DNA of 64,000 bases, taken from positions 1 to 64,000 of the IMG/VR virus record IMGVR_UViG_3300028388_002189. One strand, written 5' to 3'. The position numbers were made by a program, and so were the translations under genes. The notes beneath the pieces are model-generated. The model worked only from the letters and a program-made list of their open reading frames with translations. It was not told the DNA's origin and ran no database searches. Below, piece after piece: positions 25,202 through 35,353 of this stretch. Source of the DNA: a virus. Position 1 is the stretch's first letter, and every line of letters begins with the position of its first letter.

Positions 25202-27024
25202 TTTGCTTCTCCCCAAGAATCGCCAATACATGGCTCTGCGATAAGAGGTACATCGAGTTGTACGCAGTTCTCCATCTCATGCTGAAGAGTCGCGCTCACA
25301 CGCTCTGCTAGATGTTCTTTGACCTCTACAACAACTTCGTCGTGTACTTGCCCGATCACTCGGAAGTCAGCGCTTGTAAGACCTTCTGCTCTCAGCCTTC
25401 GATAAAAGTTCCTCATACCGATCTTAATCAGATCTGCCGCGCTACCTTGGACTTGGGTGTTGATTGCTTTGCGCTCGTCACCATTCTTTAGACCGAACTT
25501 AGCGCTGTTGATATTAGGCAAAGGACGATGGCGACCTGTGATTGTCCAAGTGAACCCCTTTCGCCTACATTTAGCGACGAGATTATCTTGGAACTTAGCA
25601 ACACCGCTGTAGTTTTGGAAGTAACGATCAATGTAGTCTTGAGCCTCAGACTCTGTTTTACTTATTGCCTTTGCAAGAGTCTTAGCACCCATCTTGTAGA
25701 TCAACCCAAAGTTGATCGCTTTGGCGTCAAAACGAGCACAGTTACAAGCGTCAGCAGTCATTTGGTGGATGTCGCCATTCTCTCGATAGATCTTAGACAT
25801 AATAGGATCGCTAGACAGGTGAGCGGTAACCCTTAGCTCAATCTGAGAATAGTCAGCTACGATTAACTTATAGCCTTTCTCAGCAATGAAAGACTTACGA
25901 ATCAAGTCGCCTTCTTCAGTTCTCGATGAGGGTATGTTTTGCAAGTTTGGGTTAGACGAAGAGAAGCGCCCTGTACCTGTGCCCCATTGATTGAATGAGC
26001 CATGAACGCGCCCTTGAGAGTCTGCCGCATCGACAAGTTTCTTACAGTACGTTGTATACAGTTTACTGACCTTGCGATAACGCAATACGTCTTTAGCCAC
26101 TTGGCGACCAATTTCTGTAGTCCCAGAAGCGTCTCCAATAGACCAATCTTCAAGAGCCTCTTTATCTGTGCTATAGCAACCGTTTTTCCCCTTAGTGCCC
26201 CGCACGCCCCATATCTTACCTACGAGGTTCTCTGAGAGCCATTGAGTAGAACTGATAAGCGCTCGGTCTCCGAACATCTTTCGGAACTTCGACTCTAGTT
26301 GCTCTGTCTCTTCCTTCAAGGCTATGCCCGCAGTATATAGCTTTTCAGTGTCTACCTTGAACCCGAAGTGCTCCATCTCCTCAACGATTCTCATCATAGG
26401 CATCTCTAAGTCATGAAGTACCTTTGACAACTGAGGACTTAACTGTGGATACAGCCTGTGAGCGAGTTCTAGTAGAAACACAACGTCATCGATGGCGTAT
26501 TTACCCATAGGACCTACAGGGGCATAAGCGTTCTTTCCATACATCTTAAACTGATTGAATGACCCCATCTCTTTACCTAAGACTTTAGGTACTAGGTTCT
26601 TTAACCCATGCCCACCTAGTCTTTCGGGTTCAAGCAACCAACTGACAGCAATGGTGTCCAACACCTCACACTTAAGATTCTCAATATCGAACCCCTCGTT
26701 ACGAAGTACCTTTAGATCAAACTTAGCGTTATGTATCCAAACGCGATTACCTTCAACGAACATCGCCTCGATGAGTCTGAAGGCAACGTCTTTGTCTACG
26801 TTAGACGGTTCGACAGCGAACAGGTCATCCCCACGCTCATGACGTAAGGGGACATACCAACCAATATATTGACCTTCATGCTGTACTGCGAATGAGAACC
26901 CGATACATATACGGTCATGCGAAAGACCATCGGTCTCTGTGTCAAAAGCAAACTCTTGATGAGATTGTATAAAAGACAAGACTTCTCTTACTTGCTCATC
27001 GCTTGTAATGATTGAACTTTGCAC
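25198..27024 (-). CDS. polA: Family A DNA polymerase with 3'-5' exonuclease
   Basis: FDTET, HNAKFD, YAIDD; DYSQIELR, AKAINFGLIY (Phe762 type), VHDE. Confidence 0.96.
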   Translation of the reverse strand: MQSSIITSDEQVREVLSFIQSHQEFAFDTETDGLSHDRICIGFSFAVQHEGQYIGWYVPLRHERGDDLFAVEPSNVDKDVAFRLIEAMFVEGNRVWIHNAKFDLKVLRNEGFDIENLKCEVLDTIAVSWLLEPERLGGHGLKNLVPKVLGKEMGSFNQFKMYGKNAYAPVGPMGKYAIDDVVFLLELAHRLYPQLSPQLSKVLHDLEMPMMRIVEEMEHFGFKVDTEKLYTAGIALKEETEQLESKFRKMFGDRALISSTQWLSENLVGKIWGVRGTKGKNGCYSTDKEALEDWSIGDASGTTEIGRQVAKDVLRYRKVSKLYTTYCKKLVDAADSQGRVHGSFNQWGTGTGRFSSSNPNLQNIPSSRTEEGDLIRKSFIAEKGYKLIVADYSQIELRVTAHLSSDPIMSKIYRENGDIHQMTADACNCARFDAKAINFGLIYKMGAKTLAKAISKTESEAQDYIDRYFQNYSGVAKFQDNLVAKCRRKGFTWTITGRHRPLPNINSAKFGLKNGDERKAINTQVQGSAADLIKIGMRNFYRRLRAEGLTSADFRVIGQVHDEVVVEVKEHLAERVSATLQHEMENCVQLDVPLIAEPCIGDSWGEAK

Positions 27025-27138
27025 TTATTTATCCTTGTAAAAGTAAATGCCCCAAAGGGCTAAGATAGGCGGGGCATCTGTCTTAAGGCACACCCATGCC
27101 CCCCTGCGGTGCGGAGAAACCCATGAACTAGGATAGCC

Positions 27139-27942
27139 TTAGAACGGGATTGGATCGCTTCCGTTGTTACCACTGGTACTACCAAACACTCGGTTCTCTT
27201 GTTGAGGTGGCGTGTTGTTGATCGGACTCTGCCAGTTGTTAGCAGGTTCACTTGTCTGCGCTCCCCAACCATTATGATTAGTAGCACCAAACGAGTTATT
27301 GTCGTTACTCTTACCTTGCTTGAAAGGATCATTAGCGTCTGGGTTGAAGATGGCTTCGATCTCAGACTTTGACTTTGGCTTCAAGATCTCAAGGTAGTTA
27401 AATGGAACATGAACATTTGGATCAAGAGGGAAGTTCTCAGAGTGCTTCTCAAGCATAGAACCACTGCCTGGAGACTTGTCACCCATGCGACTGACCAAGA
27501 AAGTTTGACCGCTTAAGTCCATGCCGCGCTCCATAAATCGCTCAATCTGCTTCCAAACCTGTGAAGACCGCTTGACGACATAGAGGCAGAGTTCGTCTCT
27601 GTGTGCGACGCCATTTCGATCCGTCCACTCAGCATGGTCGATCGCAGTAAGCACAGCAACCTTTGAAGCACGATACCCCATGTCTTTGAGTACATCGTCA
27701 CTTGGATCAATCGGCTGTGTAAACCAGTTTCTCCAACTGCCGTTAAGTTGGAGTTGATACTCATTGTACTTGAATGGTGTTTGTACCTTGAGTCCATCGA
27801 GTTCGATTGTTGGAGTGTCAATGAACGTGATAAGACGCTCGGTGTCATTTGGCATCCAAAAGCGCTTTGTGTATTTCTTCTGTGTGTTTTGGGCAAAGCC
27901 CGCATCGTTATTAAACCAACTCATCTGTGATCCTTTCGTCAA
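27139..27942 (-). CDS. Single-stranded DNA-binding protein
   Basis: RFW motif; disordered N/G-rich tail ending DPIPF; between primase and polymerase. Confidence 0.75.
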   Translation of the reverse strand: MTKGSQMSWFNNDAGFAQNTQKKYTKRFWMPNDTERLITFIDTPTIELDGLKVQTPFKYNEYQLQLNGSWRNWFTQPIDPSDDVLKDMGYRASKVAVLTAIDHAEWTDRNGVAHRDELCLYVVKRSSQVWKQIERFMERGMDLSGQTFLVSRMGDKSPGSGSMLEKHSENFPLDPNVHVPFNYLEILKPKSKSEIEAIFNPDANDPFKQGKSNDNNSFGATNHNGWGAQTSEPANNWQSPINNTPPQQENRVFGSTSGNNGSDPIPF

Positions 27943-28003
27943 CTATGTTGGGAGTAGTATTAATACTACAAATGTTAGTGTCATACAATAGTTTTCAACA
28001 ACT

Positions 28004-28969
28004 TTATAAAAGAGTGGCAGATTGTATTACAGACACAATCTGCTGAGCAGAGCACTCACCGAAGTCCTTCTTTCCCACAGAACCTATATGAGCGACCTTA
28101 GCCATCAAACGGGTAGACAGTAAGTCCTTTGCTTTAGCAAGTCCTCTTTGTCCCGCTTCGTCAGCATCAAGAGCAATCACGACTTGATTGGAACATCGGA
28201 CTAACAGATTGGCTTGTTGCTCAGTTAAAGTAGCGCCCAAGATGCTCACCACGTTATAGTCTTCGGAAAGACCTGCTTGATGTATCGCTTGATCTGCTAA
28301 TAGTGCATCTAAACTACCCTCAACGATGATGGTCGTCTTAGACTTCTTAATGAGATGAGCGCCAAGTAGTTGAGTGCCTTTCTTCATCTCCCAGTAGTTC
28401 ATGTACTTGGGTGTTTCATTAGCGTATGAGCGACCTACTGCGCCCCACAACTTGCCAGAGAAGTCTCTCACAGGGATAACTGCTCTCTTCTGTGATACAT
28501 CAACTCCTACGCCCCAACGCTTACCTGTCTCTAAAGATATACCTCGCCTTTGAAGATACGGAGCAAACTTGCGAGCGAACGGTTCAAACAAACACTCATC
28601 GATCGACTTTGGCTTTGGACTATCGTTTCGATATAGACCCATCGCCTTTAGGTTCTGTATACCAAGCGCGAGATACTGTTTCTCAAGTTCTAGTACAGCG
28701 TCTAAAGCACCACCCCACCTTAAGTCATGACTTGCTAAACGACTAAACAGGTAAGATAACTGACCGCTCTTGAATCGACAAGTGAAGCAGTTAACGAGAA
28801 CTGCACCTTCAGTTACCTTGATACCCATAGAAGGATGACTGTCATAGTTGTTCCTGTGCAAAGGAGTATAGGGCGCAAGAGGACACGGGATCGACAGGTT
28901 TTGGGCACCCTGCCGTACTCGGAAGTTACACTTCTGCAATATGTCTAAAACAGCTTGTTGCTTGTCCAT
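28004..28969 (-). CDS. DNA primase (Zn finger + TOPRIM)
   Basis: CP..H..CFTC, IVEGSLD, LDADEAG. Confidence 0.92.
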   Translation of the reverse strand: MDKQQAVLDILQKCNFRVRQGAQNLSIPCPLAPYTPLHRNNYDSHPSMGIKVTEGAVLVNCFTCRFKSGQLSYLFSRLASHDLRWGGALDAVLELEKQYLALGIQNLKAMGLYRNDSPKPKSIDECLFEPFARKFAPYLQRRGISLETGKRWGVGVDVSQKRAVIPVRDFSGKLWGAVGRSYANETPKYMNYWEMKKGTQLLGAHLIKKSKTTIIVEGSLDALLADQAIHQAGLSEDYNVVSILGATLTEQQANLLVRCSNQVVIALDADEAGQRGLAKAKDLLSTRLMAKVAHIGSVGKKDFGECSAQQIVSVIQSATLL

Positions 28970-30195
28970 CAGAAACCTACAGGATTCAATCCGCTGTCTT
29001 GTACCTCAGAGAACTTCATGTTTGCCATGTCCCAATCAAGTTCAATCTCTGGGCGTGAACCTTCACGCTGCTTCAACACTCTTAAGGTCATACGCTTATC
29101 AAGTCTCTGATCTTCGTCTTGAAAGAGACCAAGGATCACATCAGCATCCTTAGCAATGTCACCATAAGCAATATTTGAAGCGTCACCTTTTGCGTTATCA
29201 GCGCTTCGGTTAAACTGCACAGTTGCAATGATCGGAATCATCACTCTCTTAGCGAGTCGCTTCATGTCTCGACTAATGTTACTGATCTTCAGCCAGTTAT
29301 CTCTAGCTCGCTGATCATCATCCATTAGGTACATACCATCGATAAAGATGATGTCGGGCTTATGGCGTTCGATCTTCGCCGCGACTTGAGATACGCCACC
29401 TGTCTCTTCACCTACGATCATGAGCTTGCCGTTAGGCAATCCATTCTTGACCTTTTGTCGCCACTCGGTCTCGATGAACGAGTTCAAGTTACCGCTTCGT
29501 AAGTCTTGGTAGGGCAGATTATACTCTAGCGCGTCAAAACGTCTCGCGACCTGTTTAGAAGGCATCTCTTTGGTGAAGTAAAGAACACGCAAACCGTCTT
29601 GGTAGTTCTTGTGCGCCATGATGTTTGTTAACCAAGTCTTACCAACACCCTGTCGAGCAACGACAAGTATAAACTCACCGTCATGCCAACCCTGTGTGGC
29701 ATTGTCGAGTGTCTGAAAAGGTGTTCGATACCCATCAATACCACCCTTCTTTTGTATATCGAGGTAGTCATTGTAGCGATCTTCAGCAGAAGCACCCCAA
29801 TCAAGATCCGCCTCGCTTGCGGTAGCGTCTTCGATTTTCCTAAGCGCATCTCTTAAGTCATCAACCGCAGACTCGACTTCACGTTTATTTAAGTTGTCGT
29901 AAGCGCTCTGAATACCAACTAAGGTCAAGTTGAATGCGTGTTTACGCTTAAGTTGCTCTACATAGTAAGAGAGCGGTTCTGGTGCTGGGAAGTCCCAAGA
30001 GTATTCTTGGAACTGTGCGGTGATCGCCTCGTCAGTAGGACCTGTCCCATGTGCCTTCATGTGCTTGAGAGCGTACTCCCAAATGTCTCTTGCAACGCCA
30101 CTGAACATTTCGGGTATGACCGCTTGATCGATCGCCTCTGCGTATAAGGCAGTGTTTTCAGCGCACTTGTCTATAATCTTCTTTTCAATATCCAT
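28969..30195 (-). CDS. dnaB: DnaB-like replicative helicase
   Basis: ARQGVGKT, KEM, IDGMYLM, QFNR, KQR. Confidence 0.92.
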   Translation of the reverse strand: MDIEKKIIDKCAENTALYAEAIDQAVIPEMFSGVARDIWEYALKHMKAHGTGPTDEAITAQFQEYSWDFPAPEPLSYYVEQLKRKHAFNLTLVGIQSAYDNLNKREVESAVDDLRDALRKIEDATASEADLDWGASAEDRYNDYLDIQKKGGIDGYRTPFQTLDNATQGWHDGEFILVVARQGVGKTWLTNIMAHKNYQDGLRVLYFTKEMPSKQVARRFDALEYNLPYQDLRSGNLNSFIETEWRQKVKNGLPNGKLMIVGEETGGVSQVAAKIERHKPDIIFIDGMYLMDDDQRARDNWLKISNISRDMKRLAKRVMIPIIATVQFNRSADNAKGDASNIAYGDIAKDADVILGLFQDEDQRLDKRMTLRVLKQREGSRPEIELDWDMANMKFSEVQDSGLNPVGF

Positions 30196-30198
30196 GTC

Positions 30199-30549
30199 TT
30201 AGCAATATCTCTTAAGGCTTGATGTGTATAGGACGGTTTCAGATGTAACGAGAGCGGGATCGTTCACCACCATCTCAACCGCACGATGATTGCGCCGTAG
30301 CGCGTCACGACACTCAGCAAAAGTGTCGAAAGTTAGACTGTCATAGTCTGACAGTAGTTTGTTAGGTTCTTGTCCAATGTAGACAATGACAGGTCTTAGT
30401 AGGTAGGAGACACCCCATAACCAACTTTCATTCTGAAGGGCGTACTTCTTTGGACCCACCAAGAAAACTCTCCCCTCGTACTTAAGGACACAATCGCTGT
30501 GTATCCAAAGCGTAGGGGATAGAGTGTTTGCGATGCTACCTCTCATCAT
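30199..30549 (-). CDS. Hypothetical protein
   Basis: Coupled ORF between loader and helicase. Confidence 0.6.
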   Translation of the reverse strand: MMRGSIANTLSPTLWIHSDCVLKYEGRVFLVGPKKYALQNESWLWGVSYLLRPVIVYIGQEPNKLLSDYDSLTFDTFAECRDALRRNHRAVEMVVNDPALVTSETVLYTSSLKRYC

Positions 30550-31172
30550 TTGAGCATCTCCGCAGTCATAGACTGACCAAGGACTTTGCGACGGTCTTGT
30601 CCCTTCATCTCACAAGCAACCATACATTCCATAGCCAAAGAAGCCGCAGATTGCTTATAGCGCTCTTGAAAAGCCTTTGGAGATAGATTGGTAGTCACAA
30701 TCGTTGGAAGACACTCTCTTGATCGTTTACGAAGCATATTCTCAAAGCAAAGCTCTGCAAAGCCACTGCCCTTGCCAGAGTATTCTTTACCGAGATCCTC
30801 TAAGAGAAGGAAGTCTACCGACTCAACACGCTGTACAACGGAGTTGTCTCTATCGAATCGCTGCCCATCAATGTAAGCAACCTTCAGCACGTCAGATAAG
30901 ACACAGTATGTTGAGTAACCGCGCTTCTGTATCTCTTTCAGCAGAGCACAGGAAGCATGAGTCTTACCCACACCGTTTCCACCATATAGAAAGATACCCC
31001 AACCTTGGTTGTAGTTCGCTGTTAAGTCTTTGACGTAGTTCCGAAAGATCTGCTTTGCACTGCACTCTTCAACCTGTGACATATCAGCGCTCCAAAAGCG
31101 TCTGCCTATGTTCATCCGTGTGAGAGTCGTTTCACTTAGACTTCTTGGCTTTGGGTTTGTTGTTCTGCTCAT
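30546..31172 (-). CDS. DnaC/IstB-like AAA+ helicase loader
   Basis: GGNGVGKT, LLLEDLGKE, PTIVTTN, DRR. Confidence 0.9.
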   Translation of the reverse strand: MSRTTNPKPRSLSETTLTRMNIGRRFWSADMSQVEECSAKQIFRNYVKDLTANYNQGWGIFLYGGNGVGKTHASCALLKEIQKRGYSTYCVLSDVLKVAYIDGQRFDRDNSVVQRVESVDFLLLEDLGKEYSGKGSGFAELCFENMLRKRSRECLPTIVTTNLSPKAFQERYKQSAASLAMECMVACEMKGQDRRKVLGQSMTAEMLK

Positions 31173-31425
31173 CTTCAATAACCTGTATGTTTTGTCTGAG
31201 GATACGCCACTTGCGAGCATATTCTCTTGCTTGTCTAGGGATTGATATTGTGGGGTGTGTTTCTTTTCGGACTAAAGGACGTTTGCCCATCTTCTCGGGA
31301 CCATATAGTTCTAAGTGTGAACGTGTCTCTTTAAGAATAATCTTCATAGCGTAAAGGCGACTTAGGTGATTCTTAGGGTCATCTTTAACCACAACGCCAA
31401 TCTTCTGCTTTTCTAGGTAACTCAT
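31132..31425 (-). CDS. Basic hypothetical protein
   Basis: Abuts the initiator stop; overlaps the loader start. Confidence 0.55.
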   Translation of the reverse strand: MSYLEKQKIGVVVKDDPKNHLSRLYAMKIILKETRSHLELYGPEKMGKRPLVRKETHPTISIPRQAREYARKWRILRQNIQVIEDEQNNKPKAKKSK

Positions 31426-32283
31426 CTACCAACCAATCTCGCCTCCATCTGGGCGACTGTCTTTTTCGTTGTTGAACTGAGAACCCCACGTCGGTTGACC
31501 TTGGAGCTCTCCGTCTATCATAAGGGGGAATAAACTGTTTCGGAACCCCCAAAAGATAGGCATTGAAGGGTATCCTTTGATATTGAAACGAGGTGCGATC
31601 GTTTCCCAATCTTTAACACAGCGCTTGATAACATCAGTCACCACCTCTGCGCTATAGATACTGATCAAGTCTTTAGCGTGTTTTAAGTCTCGACCAAAGA
31701 ACCTTGGCGGAGGAGACTTCCACTTCTCTCTCCACTCAATCGCCATCACGAACTCAAGATCTTTAGCGTTGTACTGCTCTGGAGTCTTCTCGTTGAATGC
31801 TTGTAGCCTACGCCAATGTTGAGGCTTTGTTTGAACAGGAGTACGTTTCTTAGACTTGTCACGCGCCATATCGAGGGAAGTGTCGATGAGGTTCTTAAGA
31901 GGATCGATCGCTTTATTTGGCTCATCGTGTAGAGGCTTTGTGATCTCCTCTTCAGCAACAGGTACACCTGCAAGATCTTTCAATGCACCAAGTAGCGGAG
32001 CATAGTCATAGGTCTTCTCGTTAGTCTCTGTTCGTACAGGCGTTAGATAACCCTTATGGCTAAGTGATCTTAGATAAGCTCTGACGGTCTGACCCGACTT
32101 ACCAGTCATCTTCGCGAAGTATTCAGCGCTTGGGAAGTCGCGATTCCCAAACCAAGAATGGTCTAGTAGGTGAAGCACAAGCATTGCCTCTTCCATCGAG
32201 ATATTGAGTTTACGATAGTTGGTGAGAAACACACGACTGATAGGCATAAAGCCTTGCTCTGAAAGGTTAGTGAACTCAATCAT
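31426..32283 (-). CDS. Replication initiator with DnaD-like N-terminal winged helix
   Basis: FLTNYRKLNISMEEAMLVLHL..FPSAEYFAKMTG..LSHKGYL; upstream of loader and helicase. Confidence 0.75.
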   Translation of the reverse strand: MIEFTNLSEQGFMPISRVFLTNYRKLNISMEEAMLVLHLLDHSWFGNRDFPSAEYFAKMTGKSGQTVRAYLRSLSHKGYLTPVRTETNEKTYDYAPLLGALKDLAGVPVAEEEITKPLHDEPNKAIDPLKNLIDTSLDMARDKSKKRTPVQTKPQHWRRLQAFNEKTPEQYNAKDLEFVMAIEWREKWKSPPPRFFGRDLKHAKDLISIYSAEVVTDVIKRCVKDWETIAPRFNIKGYPSMPIFWGFRNSLFPLMIDGELQGQPTWGSQFNNEKDSRPDGGEIGW

Positions 32284-32530
32284 CAGACTTCACCTCACGA
32301 TTGTCTTTGAGGTAGTCTTTGAGATCAATCGTAGCTTTAGGCTCTTCACCTTGTACCATGCGAGCCATCTGGCGAAGGATTGCTCTGTCTTGATCTGTCT
32401 CTGCTCCATACAGATAAACCGCTTGGAGGATCATCTCAGCCAACTGTTGCCCTGTGGGGTGCTTCAAGTCGATGAGTAGTTTGTTCTTTTTGCTGTCTAG
32501 GCGAACCATGTTTTCTCCTTTGTGTACCAT
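32276..32530 (-). CDS. Hypothetical protein
   Basis: ORF overlapping the initiator start. Confidence 0.55.
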   Translation of the reverse strand: MVHKGENMVRLDSKKNKLLIDLKHPTGQQLAEMILQAVYLYGAETDQDRAILRQMARMVQGEEPKATIDLKDYLKDNREVKSDD

Positions 32531-32577
32531 AGACTGTACTCAGAGATAATCGTTTGCCTCCAAAACGTCAATAGATT

Positions 32578-32847
32578 TTATCGATGTTTTTTATACACAC
32601 CCATCGTGATCATACTACCCTTGACCTCTGTGGACTGTACCCAACTACCTATTTTGTAAGGTAAAGCACCTCCACCTACAAGGTGAACGACCGCTAAAGA
32701 AAGATCCATTTTTATTTTTAGATCTGAAGATCTACTACAGGTAAGTAGGTACGCATTGAAGTCTTTCTCAAACTGATCTTCTTTGTTGACCGCTGAGTAT
32801 TCAATCGACCTAGCTATCAAAAGTTGGTCGTTAACGTTCTCTGTCAT
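32578..32847 (-). CDS. Hypothetical protein
   Basis: GGAG RBS, 89 aa. Confidence 0.55.
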   Translation of the reverse strand: MTENVNDQLLIARSIEYSAVNKEDQFEKDFNAYLLTCSRSSDLKIKMDLSLAVVHLVGGGALPYKIGSWVQSTEVKGSMITMGVYKKHR

Positions 32848-32922
32848 CTTGGTAGCTCCGCTCTTATATATATAGGTTATCTTATAGTATATATAATATA
32901 TAAGAGCGAGTACCTCTAAAAC

Positions 32923-33279
32923 CTACTTCCTTAGACCTGTCCAAGCATAACGCTTCCTAGTGTCAAGGTAGTTGATATATTCGTCATTGTCGTAGGCTTC
33001 CTGCTCAAAGCAGATCATACGATAAGCTGTTTTACCGTCTCTATGCTTCAGTAACCTAAACAGGTAGTCCGCATAGTAGAGGACGATAAACCCAATAACG
33101 CCAGTCTCTAAGAACTGTTGGAAGTGTATTGTCTCATGCCTCTTGGTTCTCTCAGAAAGTTCACCCCTAGAGAACACAAAGCAAAACAGAGTGATTGCGT
33201 TGATCTCTATAGGCGTAAACTTGCTTAACCAAATAGGAACTTTGCTATTCTCAAAGAACCAAGGTTTCCAATGTCTCAT
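32923..33279 (-). CDS. HExxH zincin-like small protein
   Basis: RHETIHFQQ...FEQEAY. Confidence 0.7.
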   Translation of the reverse strand: MRHWKPWFFENSKVPIWLSKFTPIEINAITLFCFVFSRGELSERTKRHETIHFQQFLETGVIGFIVLYYADYLFRLLKHRDGKTAYRMICFEQEAYDNDEYINYLDTRKRYAWTGLRK

Positions 33280-33281
33280 AA

Positions 33282-33611
33282 CTACACTACCTCGGACTTT
33301 TCAACAACTTTTTTGAGTTTTACCAACTCTGACTTAGTTACCATAAGTTCATGTAGTAAAACATTAATTACGGTTTCTACGTCTAGGTAACCTTCCTCTC
33401 CTTCGGGGACTTCTTCAGTAGAAAGTCGGTTTTCACCCGTATACTTGTAACCCCTCGTACCAAATAATGCATAAGCAGACTTGTTCTCATAAATAGTCCT
33501 ACTTGCTTTAGTAAAAGGCAAGTTGGCTTCTTTTGTCCTCTTATGATTAGTAAATGGGTGCTTCGATTCTTTAGGTTTCTTTATACTTTTCAAGTGTTTA
33601 TTACCTTTCAA
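33282..33611 (-). CDS. Hypothetical protein, possible fibre chaperone
   Basis: Directly after a fibre gene; C-terminal coiled coil. Confidence 0.4.
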   Translation of the reverse strand: MKGNKHLKSIKKPKESKHPFTNHKRTKEANLPFTKASRTIYENKSAYALFGTRGYKYTGENRLSTEEVPEGEEGYLDVETVINVLLHELMVTKSELVKLKKVVEKSEVV

Positions 33612-33630
33612 TGTCTATAAAAGTTTGTCT

Positions 33631-35241
33631 TTACTCCACAACAATATAGTCAAGGTCAGCGGTTGAAGCTGACCCACTTTCAACAGTATATCTAGCAGAT
33701 AAATATATCCGAGAAGCAGGACCTATTGTATATGTATAAGCACCATCATACGGGGTTTGTAATCCTGCCGAGGTATACAATCGAGTCCTGCCGTTGTTTT
33801 TACTGGAGCTTGCTCTTGCATCTGTTATTTTTAAAAATAAATCCGCTTGACTCTCGTTAACAATCTCCATCACTGCGCCGTTTAACCATGTAATCGGATA
33901 GTAAAAACCCGAAATAAATCCTGTAGTAACTAAAGGCAAGGTGATCGTTTTATTTGTCGCGCCGCTCTCATGTGCAAGGCGATAGTTCAATATATCACTC
34001 TCGCCTGCGATCGTTACATTCGCCGTGAGATCCGTATATTGTAAACCTGTAGCCTTTGGCACATCTCCGAAAGAGAGAGCACCGTTTCCACTTGTTTGTA
34101 GTATTTGATTCGCCGTTCCGTCTGAACTTGGGAATGTATAGGGGAGTGCTCTCATCGCAAGTTCTGTCGCATTATATGCGAAGACCTCACCCGTCTGTGT
34201 CAGCGTGCTTTCGTCAAGTTCTAGCTGTGGAATGATCACATACTCCCACTTATATGTGCCTGTCGCGATAAGCTCCACTAAGGCGGTACTGTTAATATCT
34301 CGCTCTGCGTTATATGTCCCGCTTGACGTGGTGGGGTCTAGGTTAGGTCCCGAGTTAAGAGAGTTTTCATAGAGCCTAAGAGTCCCCCCTCCCTTATTAT
34401 AAATCTTGATCCTTTGACCTACTGTGAGCGTCTGGTCTGTAACGATTACGGACGCTCTAAAAATCTTGTCCGCCTCAGTCTCTACGATATAAAAAGTATC
34501 GACACTGTTCGCGTTAAAGTCATAAATGTCATCTCCAGCGTGTGTAGTATCTGCGAGTGTGATCGTCTCGACCGTCATCCCGCCGCCCACATCGGAAAAC
34601 GTCACAGCACCCGCCCCGTCTGTGGTGAGTACCTGTCCTGCTGACCCGTCTCCTACAGGTAACGTATAAACACTCTCAGAACTCTTATTGTCAGTGTCGC
34701 CAATAAAGAACTTGCCTTCATCGAGGTTAGGCGTAGCAGCGGTACGTCCCGCACCTCCGACTTTTATAATACCTGCGCTACTGTGTTCTCTTACGATTTG
34801 ACCTATATTTTGCAACTTAGCAGAACTACCCGCAGGTTTGTCGATTGTAATTTGTCCTGGTGTCGTCCCAATAAATACAGACCGACCAACAATAGACTCA
34901 ACAGGGTTTGTTGTGTTCAATGAAGCGGTGTCAAGTCCTGTTAGGTTACCAAAACTAACGACAAACACTTCGGCGCTTGCATTTGCTGCGCTTTCAGTTA
35001 AGCCAATCGCAGGGACAGTACCTGCCCCATCAGCATCAGCGAGTTTAACCTCTGGTACATCTCCACTTACGCCACTAATGTAAACAGCCTGTCCTTTTGA
35101 CAGAGCGGTGGTTTCAGCATTTTTGCACTTAAACCTAAGAGATCCGTCCATCGCACCCACAAACTGTGAAGCATGAATCGCCTCAAAAGGATTGTCTGCG
35201 GTTCTTAAGGTATCTTCTAGTTGTTTGCCTTTTATTCTCAT
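33631..35241 (-). CDS. Tail fibre/virion structural protein
   Basis: KGQAVYISG...ADA..PAIG module; DGSAGQVLTTDGAG and DGTANQILQTSGNG fibre repeats. Confidence 0.8.
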   Translation of the reverse strand: MRIKGKQLEDTLRTADNPFEAIHASQFVGAMDGSLRFKCKNAETTALSKGQAVYISGVSGDVPEVKLADADGAGTVPAIGLTESAANASAEVFVVSFGNLTGLDTASLNTTNPVESIVGRSVFIGTTPGQITIDKPAGSSAKLQNIGQIVREHSSAGIIKVGGAGRTAATPNLDEGKFFIGDTDNKSSESVYTLPVGDGSAGQVLTTDGAGAVTFSDVGGGMTVETITLADTTHAGDDIYDFNANSVDTFYIVETEADKIFRASVIVTDQTLTVGQRIKIYNKGGGTLRLYENSLNSGPNLDPTTSSGTYNAERDINSTALVELIATGTYKWEYVIIPQLELDESTLTQTGEVFAYNATELAMRALPYTFPSSDGTANQILQTSGNGALSFGDVPKATGLQYTDLTANVTIAGESDILNYRLAHESGATNKTITLPLVTTGFISGFYYPITWLNGAVMEIVNESQADLFLKITDARASSSKNNGRTRLYTSAGLQTPYDGAYTYTIGPASRIYLSARYTVESGSASTADLDYIVVE

Positions 35242-35256
35242 TTTAAGTCTCCATAC

Positions 35257-35293
35257 AAGAAAGGGCGAGTCACCATATTGGTAGACCCGCCCT
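35257..35293 (-). terminator. Rho-independent terminator candidate
   Basis: AGGGCGGGTCTACCAATATGGTGACTCGCCCT followed by TTCTT on the minus strand. Confidence 0.55.
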
Positions 35294-35353
35294 AACTAGT
35301 CAATCATAAACAGTGTTTGTTAGATATGACTGCGCGTCACCTACAATACGTTA

